A DNA stretch of 64,000 nt. Source: Ptychomitrium polyphyllum. Taxonomy: Eukaryota. Below the pieces are notes generated by a model that was given only the letters and a program-made list of their open reading frames with translations, made no database searches and was not told the DNA's origin. This document shows positions 52,336 through 64,000 of this stretch, piece after piece (positions within the stretch are counted from its first letter, which is position 1; each line of letters starts with the position of its first letter). Position numbers and translations under genes: made by a program. Where the stretch lies: positions 7,068,001-7,132,000 of the forward strand of contig OZ316775.1 in the NCBI GenBank assembly GCA_973851085.1, read 5' to 3'.

Positions 52336-55300
52336 CAAATATTTAATGTGAAAGTGTAAGAACAACATATTTTGTGCATGTCTTACAGTTTACAGTGATC
52401 CCAGCGGCAAAGACTTTGCACTTCAGTAAATGCGTGCCTCATGGCAGATTTCTAAGAATTGCATATAATGTTTATAAAGTTCTTATCAGTCATTGTTTAT
52501 AAAATTCTGCAAAAAATCCACACCATATGTTGCAATTTAACTTGAACTCAAAGTTACAATGACATTATCATATTCACCCATATTATGTCTCAAGTTTGCA
52601 CTTATTTGTCAACAACTGGTTATTTTACTTGATGAGAGAACTAAGGGTGAGGATTGGAGTTGAACTAATGCATTCAAGGCACAACTTTTTGTTAAGTGCC
52701 AACTGAACTTGCTGGAATTAATGTTGCTACATAGACTATTGCAAAACAAGAAAGGGGCATATCTAGTTTTAACCTCAACTGGAAAGATGTGCATGACAAA
52801 TGGCAGCAACTCATGAGCCCACATTTTGTGACTAGATGTGAAGTGATGACGTGGGCAGCTAAACAGTACTTTTCAATCTTGGAAGTAGTCTTGTCCACCA
52901 ACTTCTGTTATCTCTAAATTTGATAGTTGAATTCAATGGCAAGGCCTCAGTAGAATCTTAAATTATTGACTTTAGGAATTAACTTAAGGAACTAGCTAAT
53001 CATTTGTTTCATGATTACTAATATAGAAATTTAAGGTTAAAGTTGAAAGTATTAAGCTGCCTGAGAAAGACGATGCTGAATTTTGAGTGGTCAAATTGCA
53101 TTTTCTTGGCATCATCGAATATTTTTCGAATAAAACTTTGTCAATGTGTACTAGGACAAACACCTACTACATTAAGCACTTACTGCAAAGATAAACCTTC
53201 CCTAGTAAAAACATAAAACCATCTAAATTTTCAAACTTTTAGATCTCTTACAGGGACCCAAGAAGCACAAGAATCTAATGGGTTAAACATTAGCTGCAAT
53301 TTAGGAGGTCATGTAGGTTACTGAAACCAAATGTGGAGATGGAAAACTGAAATGGAGATGAAAATGCTGATCAAAATAAGAAAATCTTGGGCATTTAATG
53401 GTTAACAATTTAAGTGTGTGAGAACATTGAGGACATTGATTCAATGTTGAAACTGTAGTAAGGTGAATGAGAAGCCTGAGTTGTGTTGGTTTGCAGACGG
53501 TCAGCCTTGCACAACTCCATATTATAAATTATTCTAGTCTTAGATGTCAACTTAAAATATCTTGCATAAATCATGAAGGATCACTGTTTCTTTTTGAGCC
53601 ATGCAGGAGTCATCGAGTTTATCCATGTGGAAGAAGCTGATTTGGCATGTGGCAAAACATTGAAGAAAATTTGACTAACGTTGGAGAGCACTCATGAGCT
53701 AAAGAAGCCCACCTGATATGTTCATAGCTTAGGAAATACTATGAATTGGTTTTATTGCATTGACTATGCTGATGAACGTCATTCCTTAAGATCAGTTCGT
53801 GTGGTTTGATTTTTTCCTTTGACTTCAAGTTTGTGCTGATCATCTGTAAACTGATGTACAATTTTCAAAGGAATCTAGGGTAGGCTTCCAGTATTCTTAC
53901 ATTAGTACAGTTTCTGTCTTATCTGACTGTTTTGTGATTGTTGAATAGGGGGAGCCAATTGTCGTTAATAACCGGGTTGAAATCACCTAATGCTATGGAC
54001 TAGGTAACTGACTAGTGTGAGCCCACAAAATTGAGTTTCTAATTGTAACCTCCATTTGATGCGAGCAGAATTGAATTTCATATGAAAGGTGTAAGCATAT
54101 AGACAATGTTGATTTTAAAGGTCATTTTTAAAGTATCATTAAGAACTATATAAGTTATTCTTCAAAAACATAATTGATGAGTATGAAAGTTGAAAAGGTA
54201 GATTGTTACAAACATTTTTAAAAATTCTCTGAAATGTATAATTTCAATGAATGTAGAATATACACACCCATATATTTTCATCCAAAATATTAATGAATAT
54301 ATAATCAATCACATCATTATCTATTGCTTTGCCATCTTAACATTTATCCTGAAATCTAAAAGTACATTATACTTAATAAACCAAAAGTTGTTAATTTCCA
54401 TTATAGTGCAATTCATAATAGAATGGATCTTGATTGGCAAGTGGTTACAACAATTGATTGAAGATGTTTAGAGATTTGTAATCTCACTACTAAGACTTGT
54501 CTCATTCTTGCATTGCAAAAACACATAAGGATGATGAATTGTTGATGAAGTTAGTAGTCAAGCGTAGAAAGATGCTAGAAAAAGTAATAGACTTTAAGAG
54601 TATTGACATGCTCAATTTGGAAATAGAATGATATAATAAAGCTTAGAATCCACCTTCAATTCACCTTTGCAATTGTATTGTCTTTAGTTGCCACTATTAT
54701 GAAGATTTCTTTATTACTTCTTGTCCATCCCTTCTCATAGATTCCTCCTTTCCTACATGCAACTAATTATGGGTGCAAATACTTTTCCTCCTAGACACTC
54801 ATGGCCCAAACAATCTGATTGCATTTTCTGATGGCATAAAAACAGAGGAAGCACAGTTACCTTCACCTTTTGTTCTTTATCTTACAGTTCTTTACCCTCA
54901 GGCAGTGTAAAGAACTCCTGACAATTGATTTGATCCACAAAGTTAATTCTAAAAATTCTGTCAAATCTTGTATCATCTGACTGCTATGGACAGTAATGTA
55001 AATCAATGGGTATGCACACCAAATATAGTAGGTCTTATTTCTATACCTGGAAGATAGATGAACACATGTTGGTCTGTGAGAAATCCTTTTCTGATCTATA
55101 CCCTCAAAATAAGATAGAAATTTGTCACTATTCTTCCACCTCCTTATGTCAAATATTGATTCCTGAGTTGCTTGTATTTGACAAATCTAGGTTAAGTGTA
55201 AATGTTGTTTGTCTCTGAAGCAGTTTTCAGAGATCCTGTTCACTTGATGACGATGATTCACATGTGTTAGCAGTTCTGTGTTCCAGGTCACAACAAACCA

Positions 55301-58300
55301 CAGAACCTCAAACTAGAAGAAGAAAGAAATGGAAAGAAAGCAAAAACTTCTTCAATCTGCAGCTGAAATTATCTCTTCCTAACTTAATTAAAAATTCAAC
55401 AAAACTAGGAACGTCGCTACCTTTGCGATAGTTTGCTCTTGGTCTTCTCAAGACTTACAATGGCATCATAGGTCTTGCTGAAGGGGAACTTGGTACACAG
55501 TGATACTCACCATTACGTAGAAATTAAGAAGTCGTGAAATACAATCCTTAGAACATGTCACAAGTTACAAGCTATTCTTACCCTTGCATCTCCTTCCCAA
55601 TCTCCTTGAACTGCCATAAATTCTGTCAAGACCCTAAGTCAAACCTTTTGAATTTGTAACTGGCTATGCTTGAAAACTGGTGAAAAGATTAGCTTTGGGC
55701 ATCTTTGATGCTTTGTTTGCTGAAAGTTTGTACAAAATCACTAGTTGTTTACAGGTAAATTAATTAGGGCCACTAAAAATGCGTGCCGTTGTGATCAATC
55801 CAAAGAACAATAGAACTGCTTAATAACTCTGGAATTTGTTAAGATAATTTTGTAACATTTTTCAGTGACCCCTCTGAACACCTCCTCACAAAATGAATTC
55901 CATTTTTGTACTGCACGAATTCCATTTCCAAAAAAATTGTTCTACTGAAAAAATTCTGAATTTGTGTACAAGTCACCAGACCAGACTCATGTCTCGTGTA
56001 TTTAGTGCAGCATGCCCTGCTCTTAATTGTGGTCCCTCACTTTCTATAGTGAGATGAGCTGTTCAAAGTTCTGTTGAAAGGTTTAAACGGATTGTCAAGG
56101 CCCTCATTTACACCTGGATTGTACTTTATTAAAGAAAGTCCTCAATATCTTTATGGAGTTTGCAAAAAATCTTGCTTCGAGTACTTACCTTGAGCATGAA
56201 ACACCAATTAATCTGCTGGACTGATGTTTATGCAAATAAGAGGGTGCAAGGTATGTTCAAAATGAAATTTGGAGCACCAGCTTCATTCATGACCCATCCA
56301 TTCCAAAATGTGAGCTAGGACATGTTCACTTGGAAGAATTTTGAACAGTATCCTCAAACTCCGCAGTTCAACAAAAGCATTCCAAAAATTCTCGTACTGC
56401 TGAAGCCGAAACAAACATCGAGGTATTGTATAAACTTTCTAGGTCTGACGAGATTCGAAAAGGTCTCATACTATACTGATCAGATTGCAAGGGCATCTGA
56501 CCTACACTTATCAGATTGCAATCAGATAATCGAATCGTAATTCAAGTGGACGTGGACAGATTCATTCAACATTCTACACTTGGCGCACTGTACAGCTCTC
56601 TAGTCACTATGTTGGTTGCTTTTTCATGAAATGTAAATTTGAGTGTAAAACTCATCCAGTAATGGTTAGTAAACTTGAGCTTCCTGACAAGTTATCCTTA
56701 ACGAAAATGCTTGCGAAGTTGCCCTCATAACCAAACAGTCCCCAAATCCTCCCACATTGATGCCAGCAGAAGGGCAAACCAAATCTAGAATGCCCTAGAT
56801 AGTGGGAATCGCACAGGTGTTGACATCCCAGCTCCCGTACCCAAAATTGAGCATGCGGTTCCAACATGCTTCTCACTACCGTAAACACCTTTCCTCCAAA
56901 GTCCTATTGTTTGGGCTGGTTAGTTGCCCAATGGTTGCAATTCCGAAGTCCTCGGATCCTTAGCCCAAGCTTCATCTGCTTCCCGTTTATCGCACAATGG
57001 GCACTAATGCATCAATCAAACTGCATGTTCGAGCCAGATCGAGACCACTGATGGTTTGTATACTACAGCATATAGTATGAATCAATGTCCAAGCTGATGT
57101 AATGCAGCAGCCTACCTTCTCAAGCAGAATGCTTTTAAATCACTCAGCAATGTGAGTGACCATGGGTACAACAGGAGTATCCTACCACCGCAGTGAAGCA
57201 AATTCAACGAATCTAGCTTTGGCAATGAGTCAACACCGCGAAACAAATCAATGTCCTGTCAAGGTAACGTGCATGGTTTGATTTCGATTCTGTGCAAATC
57301 TTCAAGCTGATAGCTGGGATCCTCTATCTCTATCATGAGCGGGTGTCACCACGCCCGTTACCACAACGTCGTCGTCACTGATCGGAAACCTACTACAACA
57401 ATCCACATGAAAATGATACAGTTGAGCATCCAGTTCCTACATCTGATCACCCAGCACTCCAACCACATAGATTTGTTCCCACGAAATCAAGATTCACTAG
57501 TGAGCCAGATTTGATAGTCCAAGTACACTGGTGAAGGTGTACAGCATGTTATTAGGAGATTAGTGTGGCAGTATCTATTGGCATACCTTTTAGGTGGAGC
57601 GATGAGTTCACTTTCTGAGGGCTTTCATAAAGAAATCCAAAATGAGTAGAAACCATATCTGGGATAAGTTAGTACACTGTGTGATGGTACATCTTCACAG
57701 TTTCTATATCAAATCACAAGGCAACATGATGGAATCTCTGATCCATATTGAGACACTAAAATCTCCGATGGTCTTGTTAAATCTGCTATCCACTTGGAAA
57801 TCAACATTATTGCTATAAATTCTACAAATCTGCATGTTGATTTATATCTTGATTTTCTACAAATTCTGTGTTATTTCTGTATAAGTGTTATAGGTAAGCT
57901 ATATGACAAACTGCAAAAGTTCCAATCTAATGGGTTCCACATGTATTCTGTATGGAAACCATTGGTGAGAGAAACTATCATGAGATGGTCACACTGTGGA
58001 ATTTGGGGAGTTGGGGAGCCAGAGCATAATGAAATTGCTGAAGGTTTTTAATGCAGACTATAGTTGTAAAATTTGAGGAGAGTAACTTAAATCCTTCCAG
58101 ACAATATTGATTGGTAACTCCTTTGAACACCTTCTCCTAGAAGAATTATTCACCTTCACAAGTATAATTTTCATATCAAAACCTTGTTATACCAAATGTT
58201 GATGGATTTTGCACATCACATCAGACTCATGTGTTGATGAATTCACCATTATATGTCATCACTATCATTTATTGTCTCTATACTACTATAATTTATTGTC

Positions 58301-60020
58301 TCTATACTTTTATAGCATTAATAATTATATTCAAATGTTTTGATCTTTGAGCTAATAGGCTCTTTAACATGAGTCATCATTTCTAATGGTTATTTTCATA
58401 ATCCATAGATTCTAATACATGATAATGTGATAAATATCCCACTTTTTAAATTTATACAATTAGAATTGGCAATCTCAAAAAATAATAATATGTTGATTAT
58501 TGGATTATATAGAATTTTATTTTTAGATATGGTTGACAAAATAGAGTCTTGTTCATGAGTGGTATAAATTTTTTTAAAGTATATATAATTATTCATACTA
58601 TTAAAAAAGTTAAATTAATAAATGGATTACTATCTAAAAAATTGCATTTTTTATTATTCTTAAAAATGTAGAGGTTTAGAATCATCAATAGTTCATAATT
58701 GTTAAAAATTAAAAAAAAACATTGAAATATCCAATTTTATTGTAATGTAATGATTCACAATTTCAAAAAATATTCTTGCATTAGTTGAAAGAAAATAAAA
58801 GAAAGAACATCAATCAATTAAATATAATTTCTAAATATAAATGTCAAATTCATTTTAACTTAATTTCAAAAAAAATTATATGTTCCACATCTTTAAAGCT
58901 ATATAAGAACAAAAACACTTCATTTGTTATTTTTTAAAATTTTGATGTTGCAAAAGAAATAACCTAGGAATGAAATGATAGAATGAAAGAAATATGACCT
59001 TTACGGAAAGGTGAAGAAGTGAAAAAAGATAGTTTGATAAAAAAGAAAAAGATGATTTTGTGAAAATAAAAGAATGAATGATGGATTATGAAAGAAAGAA
59101 AGGAGAAAATCAAGATGAAAATAAATAATAAAAAAAAAGATAGAATTGGAGATCAAGTGATATTTCACCTTCTAAGCTTTTTTTTTTCTTCATTGTTATT
59201 TTCATTTTCGTTTTTTTACTATAATTTGTAATTTTCAATTATCGATTTTTTATTTTTTTGATATACTTTAAAACTTATATTATATGCTGTTTAATTTCAT
59301 AAGTACTTCATGTTCCAAAACAAAAATTTGTATATCAAATTTTCTAATAAGTTATTTTCTAAAACTTTAGTTGTTTTTATGATTCTAAATTTATATCTTG
59401 AAAATTTCTAAAGATTTTATTTTGATAGTTTCTTTCTTAAAAATTTTGAAATTATAGTTGCCAAATAATGATCTTTTATTACGTAAAAGATAACATTTTA
59501 GGTTTTTAAAAAATATTATTTAAAATAAATTCTTAATTTATAAGAATTTCTTGATTTTGAATTTTGAAGATTGAATTTGAAACATAAAATTGTTGCATAT
59601 TATGTTTTCAAGATATTTTCAATTAAAAAAAGGAAATTTTAGTAAAAGTATTCATTTTTTTGGTTGTTTTAATAATCTTCAAATGTATAAAGTGTTTATC
59701 AATAAAAATAGTTGTATTCCCAAAATGTACAATAATAGTCAAAGTTTCTTAAATATCAAGTTTTTAATGACTATTTTATATTATCAAGACTTAATTATTT
59801 TTATTTATTAAAAATTTATGATAAGACGAGTTTTACATAATATGATATTCTTTAATTTGGCATTCATTTATAATAGCAATTTATAATTTCATATATAGAT
59901 GTCATAGATACTTGTGTATACATCTGTAAAAAAAATCAATATCATATAATTTGGAATTATTGTTGAGTAATTTGTTATAATATTCATATAAGAGTTGTTT
60001 TTCTTAATGAATATATTAAC

Positions 60021-60024
<4 letters not shown>

Positions 60025-60062
<38 letters not shown>
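60025..60062. repeat. (TA)19 microsatellite
   Basis: Uninterrupted TA run in AT-rich intergenic DNA. Confidence 0.97.
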
Positions 60063-60068
<6 letters not shown>

Positions 60069-63036
60069 GATATACTTGCAACAATCATTTATTGTTAATT
60101 TTTTAACTTTCAAAGAATGATAAGTTGCTTCAATTGCTAAAAGATGCTAATTATATAAGAAGTGATAGAATTAAAAAAAATCAAGATACCATATTTGTGT
60201 CCATCAATTGATTTAATTTACATAATTTTTTTCAAAGGAAGATATAATTTGTTTTGTATTGACGTATTCCTAAAAGCTTTCTTTCATGCTTAAATTTTCA
60301 AAAAAACAAACAACAATTTAATCATGTGCTTTCTTTTATCATATTATTTAGAATTAAATGTATAATAAACAATTGGTTGCAAAAGATATGATCAAATGCA
60401 ATGTTCTTTTTTTCTATGCACACTTCTTTTTTAGTTTTGAAATATAGGAAAAGAAGTTTAAACTTCTAAATCACTACAGACCACAATATGTCTAATCATT
60501 GGCCTTGTTTATTGTATGTGGTTTTTTGAGCCAATTGTGTTCAATTTATGGGATGATTTTTTAAATATAAATTTATAAAAGTATAAAAAATACCTAATAT
60601 CTACACATATAAATATGTATATGATGTTAAAATTTATAAGAAAATTGATTTTATATTTAAAAAGCCTCAACATTGTCATTTATCCATTGCATACATTTTG
60701 TATAATATGTAAATGCTTTCTAATGCTATCTTTGGAATTAAAGCTTTAAAATGTTTTAAATATTGAAGTGAATAATAATTTTGTATCTATAAATTTTAAA
60801 ATAATAATCAATCCTTGTGTTTTTTTAACATATTCAAAATCGATTTTAGTTTAATTTAGATGATTTATAAGTTGGAGAATTTTTATCATATTAATAAAAA
60901 ATGAATCATTTTAAAAGTAGAATAGTGATTTATAAAATACATAGTTTAAGGAATTTGAATTGAAACTACAATATTCATCATTTGACATACAATGTTCCAT
61001 TGCGAGTAAATTTGTGAATAAACTTAAAGACATTATTGTGTTAAATTTGAATGTAAAAAAATGTACGTTTATTTCAAAGAACCAAAAAGAATACCATATT
61101 CCAATCTTCATAGTTTTGATTTTTTCAAAAAGGCCTTTTCTGGATTCCTATTGTCTATGCTTTAATCATGTTATTTGTTTATTTTATTTAATTCAAAATT
61201 TTACTAATTAATCATATGATAATTTGAAAAATTGAAGAATTGACCAATATGCATACTTATAAGAATATACAAATTAAAAACACATCCAAATTTACTTTTT
61301 ATTACATTATTCATTCATTTAAAATTCTTTTTATTCTTATAATAATTAGCTGATTTTTTTTATAAGTTTTCAAAATAATGTGGAATATTAAAAATTGATA
61401 TTATAACATTTTACTGAATTGCTTCCATAATTTGCTAATGTCAGTCTTAAAGGAATCAAATTCTTAGTGTTTTTTAGTTTCTGAAAGCAAAAAGTTGGGC
61501 ATTTCTTTTTTGTCACATCATAGTCTTGACCCATATTTCTTTCTCAAGTACTTTCAAGGTTGGAGTTTTCTTGTATCTCTATTTAAGTCACAATCAATAA
61601 CTATAAGAAAACATTATTCTTTGTACAACAAGTATTGCCACTATCACATCAAAGATGTGGCACCATATAAGGCCTTATTTTGTGTGTGTAAATTTATAAA
61701 AGTAAAAAAGAAGTAAATTCATAAATGGGGAGGGACAAATAGATAGATATAGGGATAAATAAGACTTCCCAAGACCATAAGATTTCGTTTGTACTAGCTA
61801 GCCGTACTTACTAATAGAAAGATTTGGCAAAAATTGTAAAAAACCTAATATACAGGATGTACTAGTATGTGACCATACACGTCAGTATATACCCGAGTTG
61901 AGTTCATAAGTATGCATCTATGCTTGTCTTATAAAAGGAAACTCAACTGTACAGTACACAACTCACATCAGCAACCCAACCTCCTGATCAGACTCGCCAC
62001 GCAAACAACTGTGACTACTAAAGGCTCATACCGGCCCACCACAACGAACGCGTCCCCGCAATCACACGCCCCACGATTCATTTTCCAGTCCATCGAACGG
62101 CTCAACACCAGCGCCTCAGTAGCCCTCCGCCAGTCGCAAACACCCCTCCAATGCTTCCTTGGCCCGTAGCGATCCTCTTCCGTCCACGTCCAGGAGCTGA
62201 CGGACGATTCCCGATGCCAAAAGTCGCCGGAAGTCTACTGAGACCGCATACGTGGAAGGAAGCTAAGCAACAGAAATTGGGACGAGCCTACTCTACGACG
62301 CGGTGATGCTTCGATTCCAGAACATACACCGTACGGCGTATGATGGTTTTAGTGAGATACATACAGTACGGTGCTCGAGACGGGCGCCCTGGATTTCTTG
62401 CGTACCGCAGTCGCTTCGCTCAGGTTGGCTCAAGTTCTCGGTGAAGTTCACTAAGGCGATCAATGGAACATGATATCGGCGGAAGAATCTGAGGAGCTCG
62501 TTGCCAACTTGCAATAGGCGTTCCTGTCTAGTTGATGCACAATCTAGCTTGTACGGGAGCTAGGACTAGTAGCGGAGGAGGTGGTCGGAGGAAGTCGGCA
62601 GGAAGGTCGTAAGGAATGGTGGTGTAAGATTTGTTTCATGTTCTCGTGGAGTAGTGCTTCTGTTGTGGGTGTCAGCAGCTCGGAGTCCGATCCTGGGTCG
62701 GTTTCGTATGCGTTCCTAGAGTAGCTTGGGTAGGGGTGGGACCGGGTGGATGTGGTACTTTGTGTTTTGTTGGATTTGATACTTGTCTAGAAGAGTGAGA
62801 GATTGACAAGTTGGCTGCAGGTTGGGTGAGTCGGTTGCAGCAGTGGGACGGTTGCAGTAGTGAGATGGGCGTTCAATCGAGGATTGGTTTGTGGTGCGGA
62901 TACTGTTCCGAACGTTGCCCTTTTTGTCCTGCACGGGTTGGGTTGTACAACTGTTTGCAGAATAGCGTTCTGGCGTTGTAGGGTTGCTGTGTTGGCGTTC
63001 GTGAATTGGTCATGGCGGGTGGCGTTTAGGAGCGAC

Positions 63037-63043
63037 TATATAA
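63037..63043 (+). promoter_or_regulatory. Candidate TATA box of the dioxygenase gene
   Basis: CTATATAAG about 225 nt upstream of the ATG at 63266, in otherwise GC-balanced sequence. Confidence 0.5.
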
Positions 63044-63265
63044 GTGACCGGAATTCTGTCTGAAGAAGATTTCATGGGTTGGATTCTCGTGCAGTTCAAT
63101 ACTAGAGTATGAATTTGAGAGGTTGCGGGATTGCAGTGGATGGTGGCACTGTGGAGTGAGGCGTTGTGGGGATTTGAGGAGGAGTTGACTAATTGCGATT
63201 GGAGGAGAGTGCCGGGTGGGATTTTAACTAGGGAGGATTTCAGTGTGGGCAACTCTGTTCCAGCC

Positions 63266-64000
63266 ATGGCGAGCACGAATCCAGGGCCACATCCTTTTTC
63301 GCTCATCCGAGCGGCATCGATCACGCCGGCGGCGCAGAGCAGCTTGCAATCGCTCCTCAGCCAAGGCTCCCAGGATCTAGCCGATTTTGTGTGGCCGGAG
63401 GAGGAGCGGCCCACTATCCCGCACAACGACTACCGTCGTGATCGTGAGCTCCCTGTCATCGACCTCTCGGGCTTGCAGGATGGCACTCCAGAGACGAAGC
63501 TGAGACTGGCGAAGCGGATCGCCGCGGCGTGCTCGCAGTGGGGGTTTTTCCAGCTCATAAACCACGGAATCCCTGTCGTCGAGCTCGACGAGGTCCAGAA
63601 CAGAACTCGCCATTTCTTCGAGCTCCCCATGGAGCACAAGCAGTGCGCTACGAACCTCGAGTCCGCCAACGCCAACGACAACGTGTTCGGCTACGGGCTT
63701 AACACCGCGGGGTACAAATACGCCGGCCGCCCTTGGATCGAGCGCTTCCAGTGCAGCTGGTCGCCCAAATCCAATCTGCGCGAGCAAGCCCAACGCCTCC
63801 TCGACGGCCAAGCGTGCGAAGATTTCCAGAAAGCCGTTGAGTCATTCTGCGCCGGCGCAGAGAAATTGGCCAATCTCACACTCGAGCTCTGCGCTCTGGG
63901 GTTGGGCCTCTCGCCCGATACTTTCGTTAAACACATGAACCCCTCTCAATCTATTGCCCGCTTGAATTACTATCCCGCGTGCCCCACCCCCGACCTCACC
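63266..64000 (+). CDS. 2-oxoglutarate/Fe(II)-dependent dioxygenase (DOXC class, GA20ox-like), runs off the window end
   Basis: Own translation (absent from the ORF track because no stop falls in the window): 245 open codons from gccATGG, reading MASTNPGPHPFS...FVWPEEERP...ELPVIDLSGL...IAAACSQWGFFQLINHGIP...FFELPMEHKQ...FGYG...RPWIERF...LELCALGLGL...ARLNYYPACPTPDLT. Contains the DIOX_N region and the NyYPxCPxP motif. Confidence 0.93.
   Translation, partial: MASTNPGPHPFSLIRAASITPAAQSSLQSLLSQGSQDLADFVWPEEERPTIPHNDYRRDRELPVIDLSGLQDGTPETKLRLAKRIAAACSQWGFFQLINHGIPVVELDEVQNRTRHFFELPMEHKQCATNLESANANDNVFGYGLNTAGYKYAGRPWIERFQCSWSPKSNLREQAQRLLDGQACEDFQKAVESFCAGAEKLANLTLELCALGLGLSPDTFVKHMNPSQSIARLNYYPACPTPDLT

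Noticed and set aside
56735..57263. Protein-like plus-strand frame ending at a GTAACG donor
   Set aside because: Six stops in about 175 codons, including TAA, is close to random expectation, and no motif was recognised.
48706..63252. Shared 17-mer gatttcag(c/t)gtgggcaa (reads LPTLKS on the minus strand) near the starts of the U-box/ARM gene and the dioxygenase
   Set aside because: A 16/17 match is expected a few times by chance among all position pairs in 64 kb. The similarity does not extend, and the motif is on opposite strands relative to the two genes.
63010..63936. Minus-strand ORFs 63010..63426, 63377..63811 and 63691..63936
   Set aside because: Antisense shadows of the plus-strand dioxygenase, which carries the recognisable motifs.

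Overview
Eukaryotic, intron-rich land-plant DNA; the gene content and the GC-rich gene islands in very AT-rich spacers suggest a moss or other bryophyte (inference). The first 23.6 kb is a giant near-perfect inverted repeat (position i mirrors 23570-i). Its arms, 1..11381 and 12189..23569, flank an 807-nt spacer that contains a 200-N gap. Each arm carries a canonical plant eIF4G gene, tail to tail. The minus-strand copy is complete (12 coding exons, about 2378 aa); the plus-strand copy stops at the gap before its last exon. I found one substitution between the arms by eye. Sequence alone cannot tell a real recent palindromic duplication from an assembly artefact. Downstream, all on the minus strand, are a PUB62/63-like U-box gene preceded by an 18-bp minisatellite, a PSMD9/Nas2 proteasome-assembly chaperone gene, a decayed reading frame of about 1.1 kb, and an intronless U-box/ARM E3 ligase with a W-box cluster. 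A poorly resolved region with minus-strand splice signals follows. The window ends in the 5' part of a plus-strand 2-oxoglutarate/Fe(II) dioxygenase that the ORF track misses. No rRNA, tRNA or CRISPR features were recognised. All exon models were assembled by hand and lack transcript support.
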